Shown piece after piece: positions 1 through 11,448 of a stretch of DNA of 64,000 bases. Every line of letters begins with the position of its first letter. Position 1 is the first letter of the stretch. The DNA lies in the NCBI RefSeq assembly GCF_009914755.1, contig NC_060945.1, one strand, 5' to 3'. This DNA comes from the human T2T-CHM13v2.0 reference genome, Homo sapiens. Under the pieces are notes generated by a model. The model searched no databases. It had not been told where the DNA came from and saw only the letters and a program-made list of their open reading frames with translations. Made by a program: the position numbers and the translations under genes.

Positions 1-3000
1 TCTGGATATGGGATCTGGATTCAAGAAAAGTGATTTGGAGCTGTAGGAATCAATGACTGGCCAGTTGGGTTGTTGACTTTTATGGGGTCTGTAAGTCCCA
101 ACTGTGTTTTGTACTTCTTTCTGGCAAATTTCTTCCTTTTGGCTGGGAATACTTACCCATGCATGTACAATCATTGTACTTTGGAAGTGCTTGCTTTGTA
201 TTTCAGAGGCTCAGGGGTAGAACATATGGCAGCCTTGTGTCAGAAGAGACTTTGGGCTTTGGACATTTCAGTAAATGCTGGAATGAGTTAAGAGATTGAG
301 AAACTGTAGAGAAGGCATCATTGAACTTTGCAGTGTGAGAACAACATGAGATATGAGGGCCAGGGTCAGAATAATATGATTTGGCTCTGCATCCCTACCA
401 AACTCATGTGGAATTGTAATGGGGAATGTTGAAGGTGGGGTCTGGTGGGAGGTGATTTCATAATGGAGAAGCATGGGGTTTGGAGGTAGGGCTGTGGGGA
501 GAATGGGGGAGATTATTTTGTGGGTGGGAGTGAAAGATGAGGGTGGGGGTGCAGATCCTTCACAAATGGGTAAACACTATCTCCTTAATGCTGTTCACAT
601 GACAGTGAGTTCTCTTGATGATGTTGGAGCTGTGAGATTGAGTGAATACTGTCCTGATGGGTTTTGGACTTGCATTGGGCCTGTGGGCCCATTTGTGTTA
701 TTTTTCTGGGAAATCTCTTCCCTTTGGACTGAGAAATCTTACACAATGCCTCTACCATCATTGTACCTTGAAAGAAAAGAACTCCATTTTAAATTCAGAG
801 ACTCATAGGCAGAAGGGACTGTGGCCTTATCTCAGATGAGACTTTGAATTTTTTACATTCGGAGTGAGTTAAGACTTTTGCAAACTTTTGAAAAGTCATG
901 ATTGTATTTTGCTCTGTGATAAGGACATGAGATTCTGAAACATCAGGGTCAGAATTATATGGTTTGCCTGTGTGTCCTTATGAAACTCATGTGGAATTAT
1001 AATCCCTAATGTTGAAGCAAGTGACTTAATTATGGACAGGAGATTGGTGGTGATGGAAGGTAAAAGGGATGGGTAAGATTGAGAGGAGTGGGTTGGCTGT
1101 AGGGTGTTTGGAGGGTGGGGGGTAGTAGGAAGGGGGAGTAGCCTGCTGCAGAGGCAAAGCCTCATGGAAAACCTCCACTAGGGAAGTGCACCTGTGGCTT
1201 TGCAGGTTTTAGCCCCTCAGCTGTTCTCCTGGGCTGGGCTGGTATTGAGGGCCTGTAGCTTTTCCACACTAAGGGCGTGAGTTTGTGCGTCTATGAATCT
1301 GGGATCTGGAGGTTGGTGGCCACCTGTGTGGGGGCTCCAAGCCCATATTTTCTTTCTGTACTTCCATAATAGAGGTTTTCTAAGAGGTTCTGCATCTGAA
1401 GGAGGCTTCTGCCTGGAAACAGTGGGAGTTGGGGGTGTGGGGCGGATCCTTCACCAATGTTTAAGCACCATCTTCTTGATGCTGACTTTGTGATAGTGAG
1501 TTCTCATGAGATCTGCTTGTATAATGCAGCATGACAACTTTTTCCTTTCTCTGTCTTGCTCCTACTCTTGCCATATGAGACATCTCCTTGCCCCTTGACA
1601 TTCTGGTATGATTGGGAGGCTTCCTGTGTTTTGTCAGATGCAGAAGTCATCATGCTTCCTTACAGCCTGCAGAATCATTAACCAATTAAACCTCTTTTCT
1701 TTGTGATCATTGAGAAAATTATGACTGCAAAGTGGATCTATTAAGTGTCTTCAAGGCCTTCTCCCTAACGTCTTGGCAATCAGCACTCAGCTTCTTTTCA
1801 CTCAAGTATCTGAAGCCTCCTTGACTTCTTCCCCAGAAAATGGGCTTGTCTTCCTTTACCACATTGCCAGCCTGCAACAAAGATAGCTGATAATGTAGAA
1901 GCAGGTTCAGAAGGGGGTAGCAGATGGAGTTTGGGAGAGTTTGGCGGACTTCAAAGACAGGGAGATGAGGGAAAGTTTGGATCTTTGTAAAGAATTGTTA
2001 AATACTTGTGATCAGAAGGCTCACAGGAAAATAGACAGTAAGGATCAGATTGAGAAGCTCTGAGATGAAAAGGAGGAACTTACTGCAAACAGGAGCCAAG
2101 GTTACTTTTGTTTTGCTGTAGCAAAGAACGTGGCTGCACAGTGACCCTGCCCTGGAGATCTGTGAAACTTTGAACTTGAGGGTGATGACTTACTGAGTAT
2201 CTGGTGGAATGAACTTCTGGGCAGCAAAGCTCAAGGGGTGTCCTGTCTGTATCAAATAGCCTGTGCCCTTATGTGTGACTGAGGAAATGACATCTGGATG
2301 GGTCTTACATTAAATCAGTCCCAACTCTTATATTATATGAGAAACAGAACTCAAAAATTTGCAGCCTGGCCAAATGGTCAGAAAGAAAAGCTCATTTTCA
2401 GGGGAAAACTGAGGAAGGCTTCAGAAATTTGCATGAAAAGGAGCCCAGTGCTAATAGCCAAGACAATAGGGAAAAGGCCTTGAAGCCATTTCAGAAACCT
2501 TTGCAGCAGCCCTTGCTATCATAGGCTCTGGGGCCTCAGAGAGAAGAATGGTTTCCTGGGCCAGTTCCATGACCCCCCTCTATATGCAGCCTCAGGACAC
2601 TGCTGCCTTCATCCCTGCAGTTCTAGCTCCAGCCATGGCTAAAAGATGCACAGGTACAGCTTGCATCACTGCTTCAGGGGTGCAAGCTTCAAGGCTTGGT
2701 GGCTTCCACATAGTGTTAAGCCAGCAGCTGCACAGAGCACATAACTAGACGCTTGCAAGCCTTTGTCTAGACTCCAGAGTATGTACGGAAAAACCTGGCT
2801 GTTCACACAGAATCTTTTCCGAGGCAGAGCCTCACGGGAAACTTTTACTAGGGCAGTACAGAAGGAGCATTTAGGGCTGGAGTCCCTAAATATGGAGGCA
2901 CCATTCTCCAGACTCCAGATTCATAGACCCACCAACAGCTGGCACCCTTAGTATGGAAATGCTACAGGCACTCAACATCAGCCCAGCCCATGAGGGCAGC

Positions 3001-4495
3001 TGCGGGGGATAGACCCTGCACAGCCACAGGTGCAGAGCTGCCCAAGGCCTTGGAAGCCCAGGCATCACACACCTGTGCTCTAGATGTGAGATGTAGATTC
3101 AGAAAAGATGATTTGGAGCTATAGGATTCAATGACTGGCCTGCTGGGTTTTTGACTTGCATGGGGTCTGTAAGTCCTTGTACATTTCAGTAAATGCTGGA
3201 ATGAGTTAAGTCATTGGGGGACAGTAGAGAAGTCATCAGTGTATTTTGCAGTGTGACAAGGATACAAGATTTGGGGAGCAAGAGCCAGAATAATATGATT
3301 TGATTCTGTGTCCCTACCAATGCTCATGTGGAATTGTAGTGGGGAATGTTAAAGGTGGGACCTGGTGGGAGGTGATTTAATCATGGAGAAGAGTGGGTGT
3401 TGGAGGTAGGGGTGTGGGGAGAATGGGAGAGATTATTTTGTGGGTGGGAGTGAAAGATGAGGGTGGGGGGCAGATTCTTCACAAATGAGTAAACATTATC
3501 TCCTTAATGCTGTCCGCACGACAGTGAGTTCTCTTGATGATTTTGGAGCTGTGAGATTGAGTAAATACTGTCCTGCTGGGTTTTGGACTTGCATTTGTGT
3601 TATTTTTCTGGGCAACTTCTTCCCTTTGGATTGAGAAGCCTTACCCAATGACTGTTGTACCTTGAAGGAAAAGAAATCCCTTCTAAATTCAGGGACTCAT
3701 TGGCAGAAGGGACTGTAACCTTGTCTCAGATGAGACTTTGAAATTTTTACATTCGGAATGAGTTAAGACTTTTGGAAACTTTTGAAAAGGCATGATTGTG
3801 TTTTGCTCTGTGAGAAGGACATGAGGTTCTGGGGAATCAGGGTCAGAATAATATGGGTTGGCTGTTGGCTGTGTGTCCCTATAAAACTCATGTGTCATCC
3901 TTAATGTTGGAGGTGGGCCAGGTGGGAAGTGACTTAATCTTGGATGGGAGGGGGTTGGGGTGGAAGGAAAAGGAGGGATAGTGTGGGGAGGAGTAGGTTG
4001 TCAGTAGGGTGGTGTGAGGGTGGGAGTAACCTGCTGCAGAGGCAGAGGCTCATGGGAAACCTCTACTAGGAGAGTGCACCTGTGGCTTTGCAGGGAGTAA
4101 CCCCCACAGCTGCTCTCATGGGCTGGGTTGGTGTTGAGTGCCTGTAGCTTTTCCATACTGAGAGTGTGAGCTGTTGGTGGGCTTATTAATCTGGAGTCTG
4201 GAGGATGGTGGCCTCTTGTGTGGGGGCTCAAAGCCTCTATTCTCCTTCTGCACTGCCATAGTGGAAGTTTCCTAAGAGGTTCTGCCTCTGCAGGAGGCTT
4301 CTGCCTGGAAGCAGTGGGCAGTGGTGTGGTTGGAGAATCCTTCACCATTGGTGAGTCTTCTTGATGCTGATCTCCTGATAGTGAGTTCTCATGTGATCTG
4401 GTTGTCTAACAGGATGTCACACCTCTTTCCCCTCTCTGTCTTGCTCCTACTCCTGCCATATGAAACATCTCATTGCCGCTTGGCCTTCTGATATG
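1..4495 (+). mobile_element. Scrambled, locally duplicated MST/THE1-type (ERVL-MaLR) LTR and internal segments
   Basis: MST-type LTR starts (ATATGATTTGGCTCTG ~373; ATATGGTTTG ~957; ~3293; ~3851). LTR 3' part with CAGCCTGCAGAATC...CCAATTAAACCTCTTT at ~1662-1700. MaLR-int motifs such as GTCTCAGATGAGACTTTG and AATGCTGGAATGAGTTAAG. 1-1620 is repeated at ~3080-4495, and some sub-blocks are inverted. Confidence 0.85.
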
Positions 4496-4502
4496 GTTAG
4501 GA

Positions 4503-5330
4503 GGGGCCTGATCAGTGTGGGCCTGCTCAGTGGACCTACTCAGCTGGGACTTGTCAGTGAGGCCTATTTAGTGGGGGTGGTCAGCAGGGGTCTGCTTAGA
4601 GCGGGTGTCATTAGAGGGATCTAGTAGTGCATGTCTTGGTGAGTGGGTTGATAGTGGCAGACAAATGTTTGGTGTCTGGTCAGTGCCAACCTGGGCTGTG
4701 GGACTCGGTCAGTGGAGACCTTGTCAGCTGGGGCTTAGTGGTGGCCTTGTCAGATTGGGCTGGGTTACTGGTGACTAGGTCAAGGGGCGCTATTCAGTGG
4801 AGGCCTGGTGACATGGGACCTAGTCAGCAGAGACGCTTATCAGTGGGGCCCTGGTCAGGGCAGGCTTGTCCGTGGAACTTAATCAGTGGGGGCCTGGTCA
4901 GAGAGGACTTGATCAGTGGTGGCTTTTGTAGCACTGGTCTACGGGTTGACCTGGTCAGCGGGGATCTGAGCAGTGCGTGCCTGTTCAGTGGGGCGTAGTC
5001 ATTAGGATCCCAGTCAGGGGCATCTTGTCACCTCAGGCCTGGTTAGCAGGGGCCTGGTCACTGGCTGTCTATTCCCTGCAGGCCTGGTCCGTGGGGCTTC
5101 GTCTGTGGGACCAGAAAATGGGGTCATGATCGGTGGAACCTGATCAGTGAGGCCTTGTCAGTAAGGTCCTCGTCAGTGGAGTCCTGGTCATTGTGGGCCT
5201 GGCAGCGGGAATCTAGTTAGTGAGGCCTGGTGATGGGGCTCTAATCAGTGAGGGTGTGGTCAGGGAGGAAGTGATATGCTGGATCTGGTCACCAGGGACC
5301 TGGTCAGTGGGGGCTGCTGAGTACTGCTGG
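4503..5330. repeat. Degenerate ~14-15 bp GGGGCCTGGTCAGT tandem satellite (HSAT5-like), copy 1
   Basis: Dozens of GGCCTGGTCAGTGG / GACCTGGTCAG variants are directly visible. The HSAT5 name is from recollection. Confidence 0.7.
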
Positions 5331-5527
5331 GAGATGTCAGGGGAAATGCATGTTATCGAGGAGCCTGTGGACAGCTGGGGTGGCCCAGTCGTGTTCAATG
5401 GCCCACTCAAAAGTGGACAAAGCAGGTGTTTTGATGGACCTGGGAGATCTTGCTCAGAGATTCTGACAGGACAAAGGTAAAGGAAGGGCCAGAGTGGTCG
5501 GAGAGATAGTCACAGTCTATGGTCTGC

Positions 5528-6487
5528 ACAGGATGGAGGAGGCCAGGGAACAGGCAGGGTGGGCAGCTGGGTTTCAGGGAGAGGCAGGTGCATGCTGGGA
5601 GGTCAGACCCTATGAGGGCTGTGGGGGCGTCAGGTGGTGTGGGCTCCAGGTGCACCCTCAGTGCACTGGGCAGGTCTTGGCCCAGGCTCCCTGGACCTTG
5701 GCCGGGTGATGTGGTCACTTGCTGGGAGACTGTTGTCAGGTGCTGGCCACCCACCCTGGGTAGCACTGTCCCATCTCAGGACTGGACTTCCTCAGATACT
5801 GCAGAGGGCACAGCCTCCAGCCCAGGAGGGGCAGCCCCTTTGTGCAGCCTGAGCTCTCCATGGGCCTGGAGCATCCCCTGCCAGCCCTGCACTCCCTCTT
5901 CTCCCAGTTCCCGCTTTTCCAGGGTCAGCCAGTGGGGAGGTCCCGTCCTCCCTTCCCTATGTGTCTCCTGGGCTGAAACTTGCAGTGCACTGGGACAGGG
6001 ATGAGGCTTCCCTAAGGCCCATTTAGGGAGAGGACTGGCTCCCAGCCTGGCACAGGTCCTCAGCTCTGCCTTGGTAGCCTTAGAATGAGATGGATCAGTC
6101 AGTGCCCTGAAGGTAAAGGTAGAAGACTGTCCCTGCTGTTGGGAGGCTGGTCTAGGGATGGAGGACTTCACAGGTCCTCCCAGTCTGTCAGGCCTGGGCA
6201 GCACTGTCCTGTTTTAGGACTCAGAAAGTCCAGTTCTGGGATGGGATGGTGCTGCCCAGGGAGGGTGGCTAGGGTCTGACAGCATTCCCCCAGGGAGTGA
6301 CCACATCACCCAGCCGGGGTCCAGGAAGCCTGGCCTGAGACCTGCCCTGTGCACTGAGGGTGCACCTGGAGCCCACTCCACCTGATGCCCCCACAGCCCT
6401 CACAGGTCCTGACCTCCCAGCATGCACCTGCCTCTCCCTGAACTCCAGCTGTCCACCCTGCCTGTTCCCTCACGTCCTCCATCCTGT
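5528..6487. repeat. Inverted repeat: ~270-bp arms (5528-5795 and 6220-6487) with ~420-bp spacer
   Basis: ACAGGATGGAGGAGGCCAGGGAACAGGCAGGGTGG...GTGATGTGGTCACT...GGACTGGACTTCCTCAG is mirrored by CTCAGAAAGTCCAG...AGTGACCACATCAC...CCACCCTGCCTGTTCCCT...TCCTCCATCCTGT. Confidence 0.9.
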
Positions 6488-6661
6488 CCAGCAGGATGGG
6501 ATGGGCAGGGGGACAGCCTGTGTGCACATTTCATGGCAAGCAGGAGTGACACACCATCCCTGGGAGGCGCCTTGGTTCCTCCAAAACCCGGCCCCAGAAC
6601 TCTGTCCTTGGGGTGGTTTTACCAAACCCCAAACCCAGAACTGTGGTTGTGGCTCAGGGGT

Positions 6662-7076
6662 CAGCACCCGCTAGTTCTACAACGTCGCCAAGGACTTTGA
6701 CTGTACATTGTTCTTCTTTCCAATAGTCATTCCAAATATTGTGAGATGCATTGTTTCAGGAAGCCCCTTGCCCTCCTAAAAGCCACCCTACTTCTCTCTA
6801 AGGAGAATGGCCCAGTCCTCTCCCGAGTTCACACAGGTTAGGTGATAGCATTGCTTTTGTGTAAATTACGTAATGCAAAATTTTTTAAATCTTTGCCTTA
6901 ATACTTTTAAATTTTGTTTTATTTTGAATGACTAGCCTTCATGGCCCCCCTTTTTTGTACCCCAACTTGGAGTGTATGAAGGGTTTTGGTCTCCCTGAGA
7001 GTGGCTCGAGGCAGCCAGCGCTTACCTGTACTCTGACTTGAGAAAAGTTGGATAAAAGTGCACACCTTAAAAAAAA
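6662..7076 (+). pseudogene. ACTB: Beta-actin retrocopy remnant: distal 3'UTR plus poly(A) only
   Basis: Matches the ACTB 3'UTR as recalled: GGACTTTGA.TG.ACATTG, AATAGTCATTCCAAATAT, CTTCTCTCTAAGGAGAATGGCCCAGTCCTCTCCC, GGTGATAGCATTGCTTT, GGCAGCCAG.GCTTACCTGTAC.CTGACTTGAG, ending TAAAAGTGCACACCTTAAAAAAAA. The poly(A) signal is mutated (GGATAAAA). Confidence 0.92.
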
Positions 7077-7452
7077 TTGAATGACGAAGCACTAACAAAA
7101 ACAGTATTCCAGTACAGTGGACAGCTTAGCATTTTGACAATTGGGAATAAAATGCTCATTTCTGAACTGTACAATGTAAGACACAAAAATGAAACACTGG
7201 AAATGGAAATTCAATTATGTCATTATAGACTGGCTACTGCTCTACATGACTGTGACCAAAGTCAGATAGTTGAAAGAGATTTCTTTCCAGAGAACAAGAC
7301 ATGAACAGGTTTATTTACAGAAAACAATGAATTCTCATATATCTAACCTAAAATATAGCAGATTCTTTCCGAATAGGTCTAACATAGACAGTAAAGTTAA
7401 CAGGCTAAAAATTAAGCTCCATCAAAGAAGATGAACTCTGAGAGAACAGATG
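7077..7452 (+). pseudogene. ANKRD26/POTE-family coiled-coil exon fragment (disrupted)
   Basis: Translation LNDEALTKTVFQYSGQLSILTIGNKMLISEL...RLATALHDCDQSQ, then after frameshifts LQKTMNSHISNLK...SKVNRLKIKLHQRR*TLREQ. This resembles ANKRD26 [31 protein letters not shown]...RLAAAIHDRDQS...LQDKMNFDVSNLK...HHTRDALREK. Confidence 0.85.
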
Positions 7453-10400
7453 GCGCAGGCCGCCATCTTTCCTGTTCAGGCAACTTAGTCATTCCAGCCT
7501 GAGGGCTTTGGAGAGTATAAACCAACAAGGGGCAGAAGAGATCCCACAGCACAGTATAGCTGCTTTACCAAATCATGGCCAGACTGCTTCTGTAAGCAGG
7601 CCCCTGACCCTGTTGCACGTCACTGGACAGGACCTCCCAACTGGGGCCTCCAGCTACCGCCACCAGCATTCCTTGGCCAATGGAAATTTGAAGTGTTCCT
7701 GGGACAGAGCTCCCAGAGAGAGGGGCAGGCCACCACCTTTGCTGTTTGGGTGACTAGCCGTTCTGGTCTGCGGGCTTTGGAAAGCCCAAGGTGACAAGGG
7801 GTGGAAAAGGAACCTCAGCACAGCACAGCCACACTACAAAAACGTGGCCGGACACTTGTTTAAGTCAGTCCCCGACCACATTTCTAATCAGCAGGTGAAG
7901 CCTTTCAACCAGGGTCTCCAGTTACCTTCACTGCTGTTCTCTGGCCGACAGAGGTTTCAGGCCTCCCTGAGTCAGAGCTCCCAGGGGGAGGACCAGACTG
8001 TTGTCTTTGCTGTTGGGGCAACTCAGCCATTTCAGCCTTAGGGCTTCAGAGTGTCTGAGGCGACCAGGAGTGGAAGTGAACACCCAGCATAGCACAGCTG
8101 CTCTAGAAAAATGTGGCCAGACTTTTTTTTAAGCCAGTCCCTGTTTTTGATCCTCCTGACTAGATAAGACTTCTCAACTTGTCTCCAGTCACATCTTATA
8201 GGTTTGTTCATATTGCAACAAGTTCATACCTCAGTGGCACAGAGCTCCCAGAGGAAGGGACAGGCTATCATCTTCCCTGGAAAATACAAGGCAATTAGGG
8301 ACTGGAGGGGATCCCCAGCATACCACAGCAGCCTGACAGAAAAGTGGCCAGACAGTGTACTTGATGGGCAGGTCCTACTGACCTGGGTCTCCAGCCAGTC
8401 CACCATCGGAGCTATCCAGCCAGTAGCAACTCAGCAATTCCCTGGACAGAGCTTCCAGAGCAAATGAAATTCTCTCTGCCACTGCCTCTGCAGTGGAACT
8501 GCCCTTGCTACCCTCAGAATATCAAGGGAGCAAAGACCCTAAGTGCCATATCGACACCTCCAATAAGCTGCGACTGACCCAATGAATAAGCCAGTCCATC
8601 TCCCACGGGTACCACACACCCCCCACTGCTCATCACCAGAGAGGGAACACTGGCTTGGCCTCACAACACAGACCCTCCATCCTGGGCTGATTACGCTAAG
8701 TGATTGCTAACTCACATCTCTATGGGATGGATCACCCAGGAGACAAGCGGAGTGGTGGAGCAGCAAGTCAGGTGATGTGGAGCCCAGAGGGCAGGGACAG
8801 CTATCTCTCTAGGCTCCACGTGCCCTTGTGAGACACTTTATCTCAGCACTTTAAGAATGCTAAGTTCAGATCAGCCCCATCTCATGTTCAAGATTGCCCA
8901 GCAGAGATCAGGTCCCAGAGTTCCCCTCCTCAAAAAGGGGACTTGCTTAAAAAAGAAGCCTGGCCATGTTTGTGTAAAGCAGCTATGCTGTGCCGGGGGT
9001 TCACTTTTGAGAGAGTTCTCCTCTGAGACCTGATCTCTGCTAGGCAGTCTTGCACATGAGATGGGGCTGGTCTGATCTCAGCACTCCTTAGTCTGCTTGC
9101 CTCTCCCAGGATGCCTGCACATTACCTCTCCATACTGCAGCCCTTTATATGGAAACTTCCTACATCACTTTGCTGTGTGTGTTTACACATGTGGGTTTTG
9201 CTGTACTTGCCCTGACAGCACACGGGAGTGCAGGCCACACCCCAACCCACACCAACTGCCACTGAAGACAGAGCCTTGGTGGGCACAGAACCAAGAACCC
9301 CACCCCTGCCAGCACCTAACCCTTGAGCTAATGCTGTGCAGAGAAAAAGGGACCTTCTTATACCCTGAGTGACCCCTGTTGCTTTGAGGGGCACAGAGAA
9401 GGCACCATGGCCTGCACTGGCCAGCAGCCCACCCTGAACCAACACTACCTCCAGTGCAACACACACACAGCAGGGGACCCCTGGCCCACACCCCAGCTGT
9501 CTTGCCTCCACCACTGGGTGAACGCCCTCAGGGAGGCAGGGAATTTTGCATCCACTAGCATTCTGCCACAGTTGCCACACTTTGGTCCCCTCAGTGCAGT
9601 GGACTCCAAACCTCCAAGAGCCAGAGAACAAAGTTGGGGCCCAAGACAAGTTCCCCAGATGTAAAGAACACAGTCCAGGAATTGGGAGCCGCACATTGGC
9701 CCCCCTAAAATCCTCCAAAAACAAAGCCAGTTAGTTGAATCCACTTTATCCCACAATGAAACTCTCAAGATCATCAAATACAATAAAAGAAAAATACCCT
9801 GTCCGAAGGTCAGCAACCTCAAAGATGGAAGGTGGATAAGCCCATAAAGATGAGAAAGAATCTGTGTGAGAACACTGAAAACTCAAAAAGTCAGAATGCC
9901 TTCTTTCCTCCAAATGACTGTATCAACTCTCCAGCAAGTGTTCAGAACTTGGCTGAGGCTGAGATGTCTGGAATGATACAAGCAGGGTTCAGGATATGCG
10001 TAGGAACAAAGTTCACTGAGTGAAAGAAGTATGTTGTCATACAATACAAGTGAGCTAAAAATCATTGTAAAACATTGCAGGAGCTAACAGACAAAATAGC
10101 AAGTATAAAGAAGACATAACCGACCTAATAGAGCTGAAAAGCACACTACAAGAATTTTCATAATGCAGTCACATGGTGATTATGTGTGACTGGATTATGA
10201 AAATTATTGTAGTGTGTGTGGGCACCCGAGATTGCCCTGTAAGCAGGTGTGGCCAGACTGGGGTCCTGGGAGAGGCAAGCAGACTAAGGAGCGCTGAGGT
10301 CACACCAGTTCCATCTCATGTGCAAGACCACCCAGCAGAATAGACCAAGCAGAGGAAAGAATCCCAGAGCTTGAAAACTGGCTTTCTGAAATAAAACAGG

Positions 10401-11448
10401 CAGATAAGAATGGGGGAAAAAAGAAGGAAAATGAATGAACAAAACATCCAAGAAATATGAGATTATATAAACGACCAAATCTATGACTGATTAGTGTACG
10501 TGAAAGAGATGAGGAGAATGGAGCCAACTTGGAAAACATACTTCAGAATATCATTCATGAGAATATCCCCAACCTATCCAGACAGACCAACATTCCAATT
10601 CAGGAAATCCAGAGAATCTCAGTAATTTAAGCCACGAGAAGATCATCCCCAAGACATATAATCATCAGATTCTCCAAGGTCAAAATGAAAGAAACAATGT
10701 TAAAGGCAGCTAGGGAGAAAGGCAATGTCACCTGCAAAGGGAATTCCATCAGACTTAGCAGACTTCTCAGCTGAAACCCTACAAGCCAGAAAAGATATTC
10801 AACTTCTTAAAGAAAAGAAATTTCACGTAGTATGGCAGAGATAGATATACCATATAATAACATGGTGTTATTATAAATGGTTTAAAAAAAAAAGAAAAGA
10901 AATTTCAACCCAGAATTTCATGTCCAGCAAAATTAAGCATCATAAGTGAAGGAGAAACAAGATCCTTTTCAGACAAGCAAGTGCTGAGAGAATTCATTAT
11001 CACCAGATCTACCTTACAGGAGCTCCTGAATGAAGCACTAAATATGGAAAGAAAAGACCATCACCAGCCACTACAAAAATGCACCGAAGTAGACAGACCA
11101 GGAATGCTAAAAACCAACCACATACACAAGTCTGCAAACTAACTAGCTGACAGCATGATGACAGGATCTAATCCACACATACCATTACTAACCTTAAATG
11201 GAAATGGGCTAAATGCTCCGATTGAAAGACACAGGGGGGCAAGCTGGATAAAGAACCAAGACCCATTTGACTATGCCGTCTCCAAGAAACCCATCTCACA
11301 TGCAGTGCCATACATAGGCTCAAAATGAAGGAATGGTGAAAAATCTTTCAAGCAAATGGAAAACAGAAGAAATCAGGTGTTGCACTCCTATTTTCGACAA
11401 AACGTATATAACAATAAAGATAAAAAAAAGACAGAGAAAGACATTAAA
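7453..11448 (+). mobile_element. Older primate L1 (about L1PA13-16/L1PREC2 age): 5'UTR, degraded ORF1 and start of ORF2, 3'-truncated and internally rearranged
   Basis: Repetitive GC-rich 5'UTR. ORF1 start MRKNLCENTENSKSQNAFFPPND at 9850. ORF1 C-terminal motifs (CCAAGACATATAATCATCAGATT, CAACCCAGAATTTCAT). ORF2 start ATGACAGGATCTAATCCACACATA at ~11158. Confidence 0.85.
10809..10907 (+). mobile_element. Tiny retro-insert (58 bp plus A7) flanked by a 17-bp TSD, inside L1 ORF1
   Basis: AAAGAAAAGAAATTTCA occurs at 10809-10825 and 10891-10907. The insert is 10826-10883, followed by an A-tail, at a TT/AAAG endonuclease-type site. Confidence 0.75.

Noticed and set aside
5776-6204. 142-aa ORF in the inverted-repeat spacer as a gene or known pseudogene
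   Set aside because: I could not match it to any protein I recognise; GC-rich sequence readily gives such ORFs.
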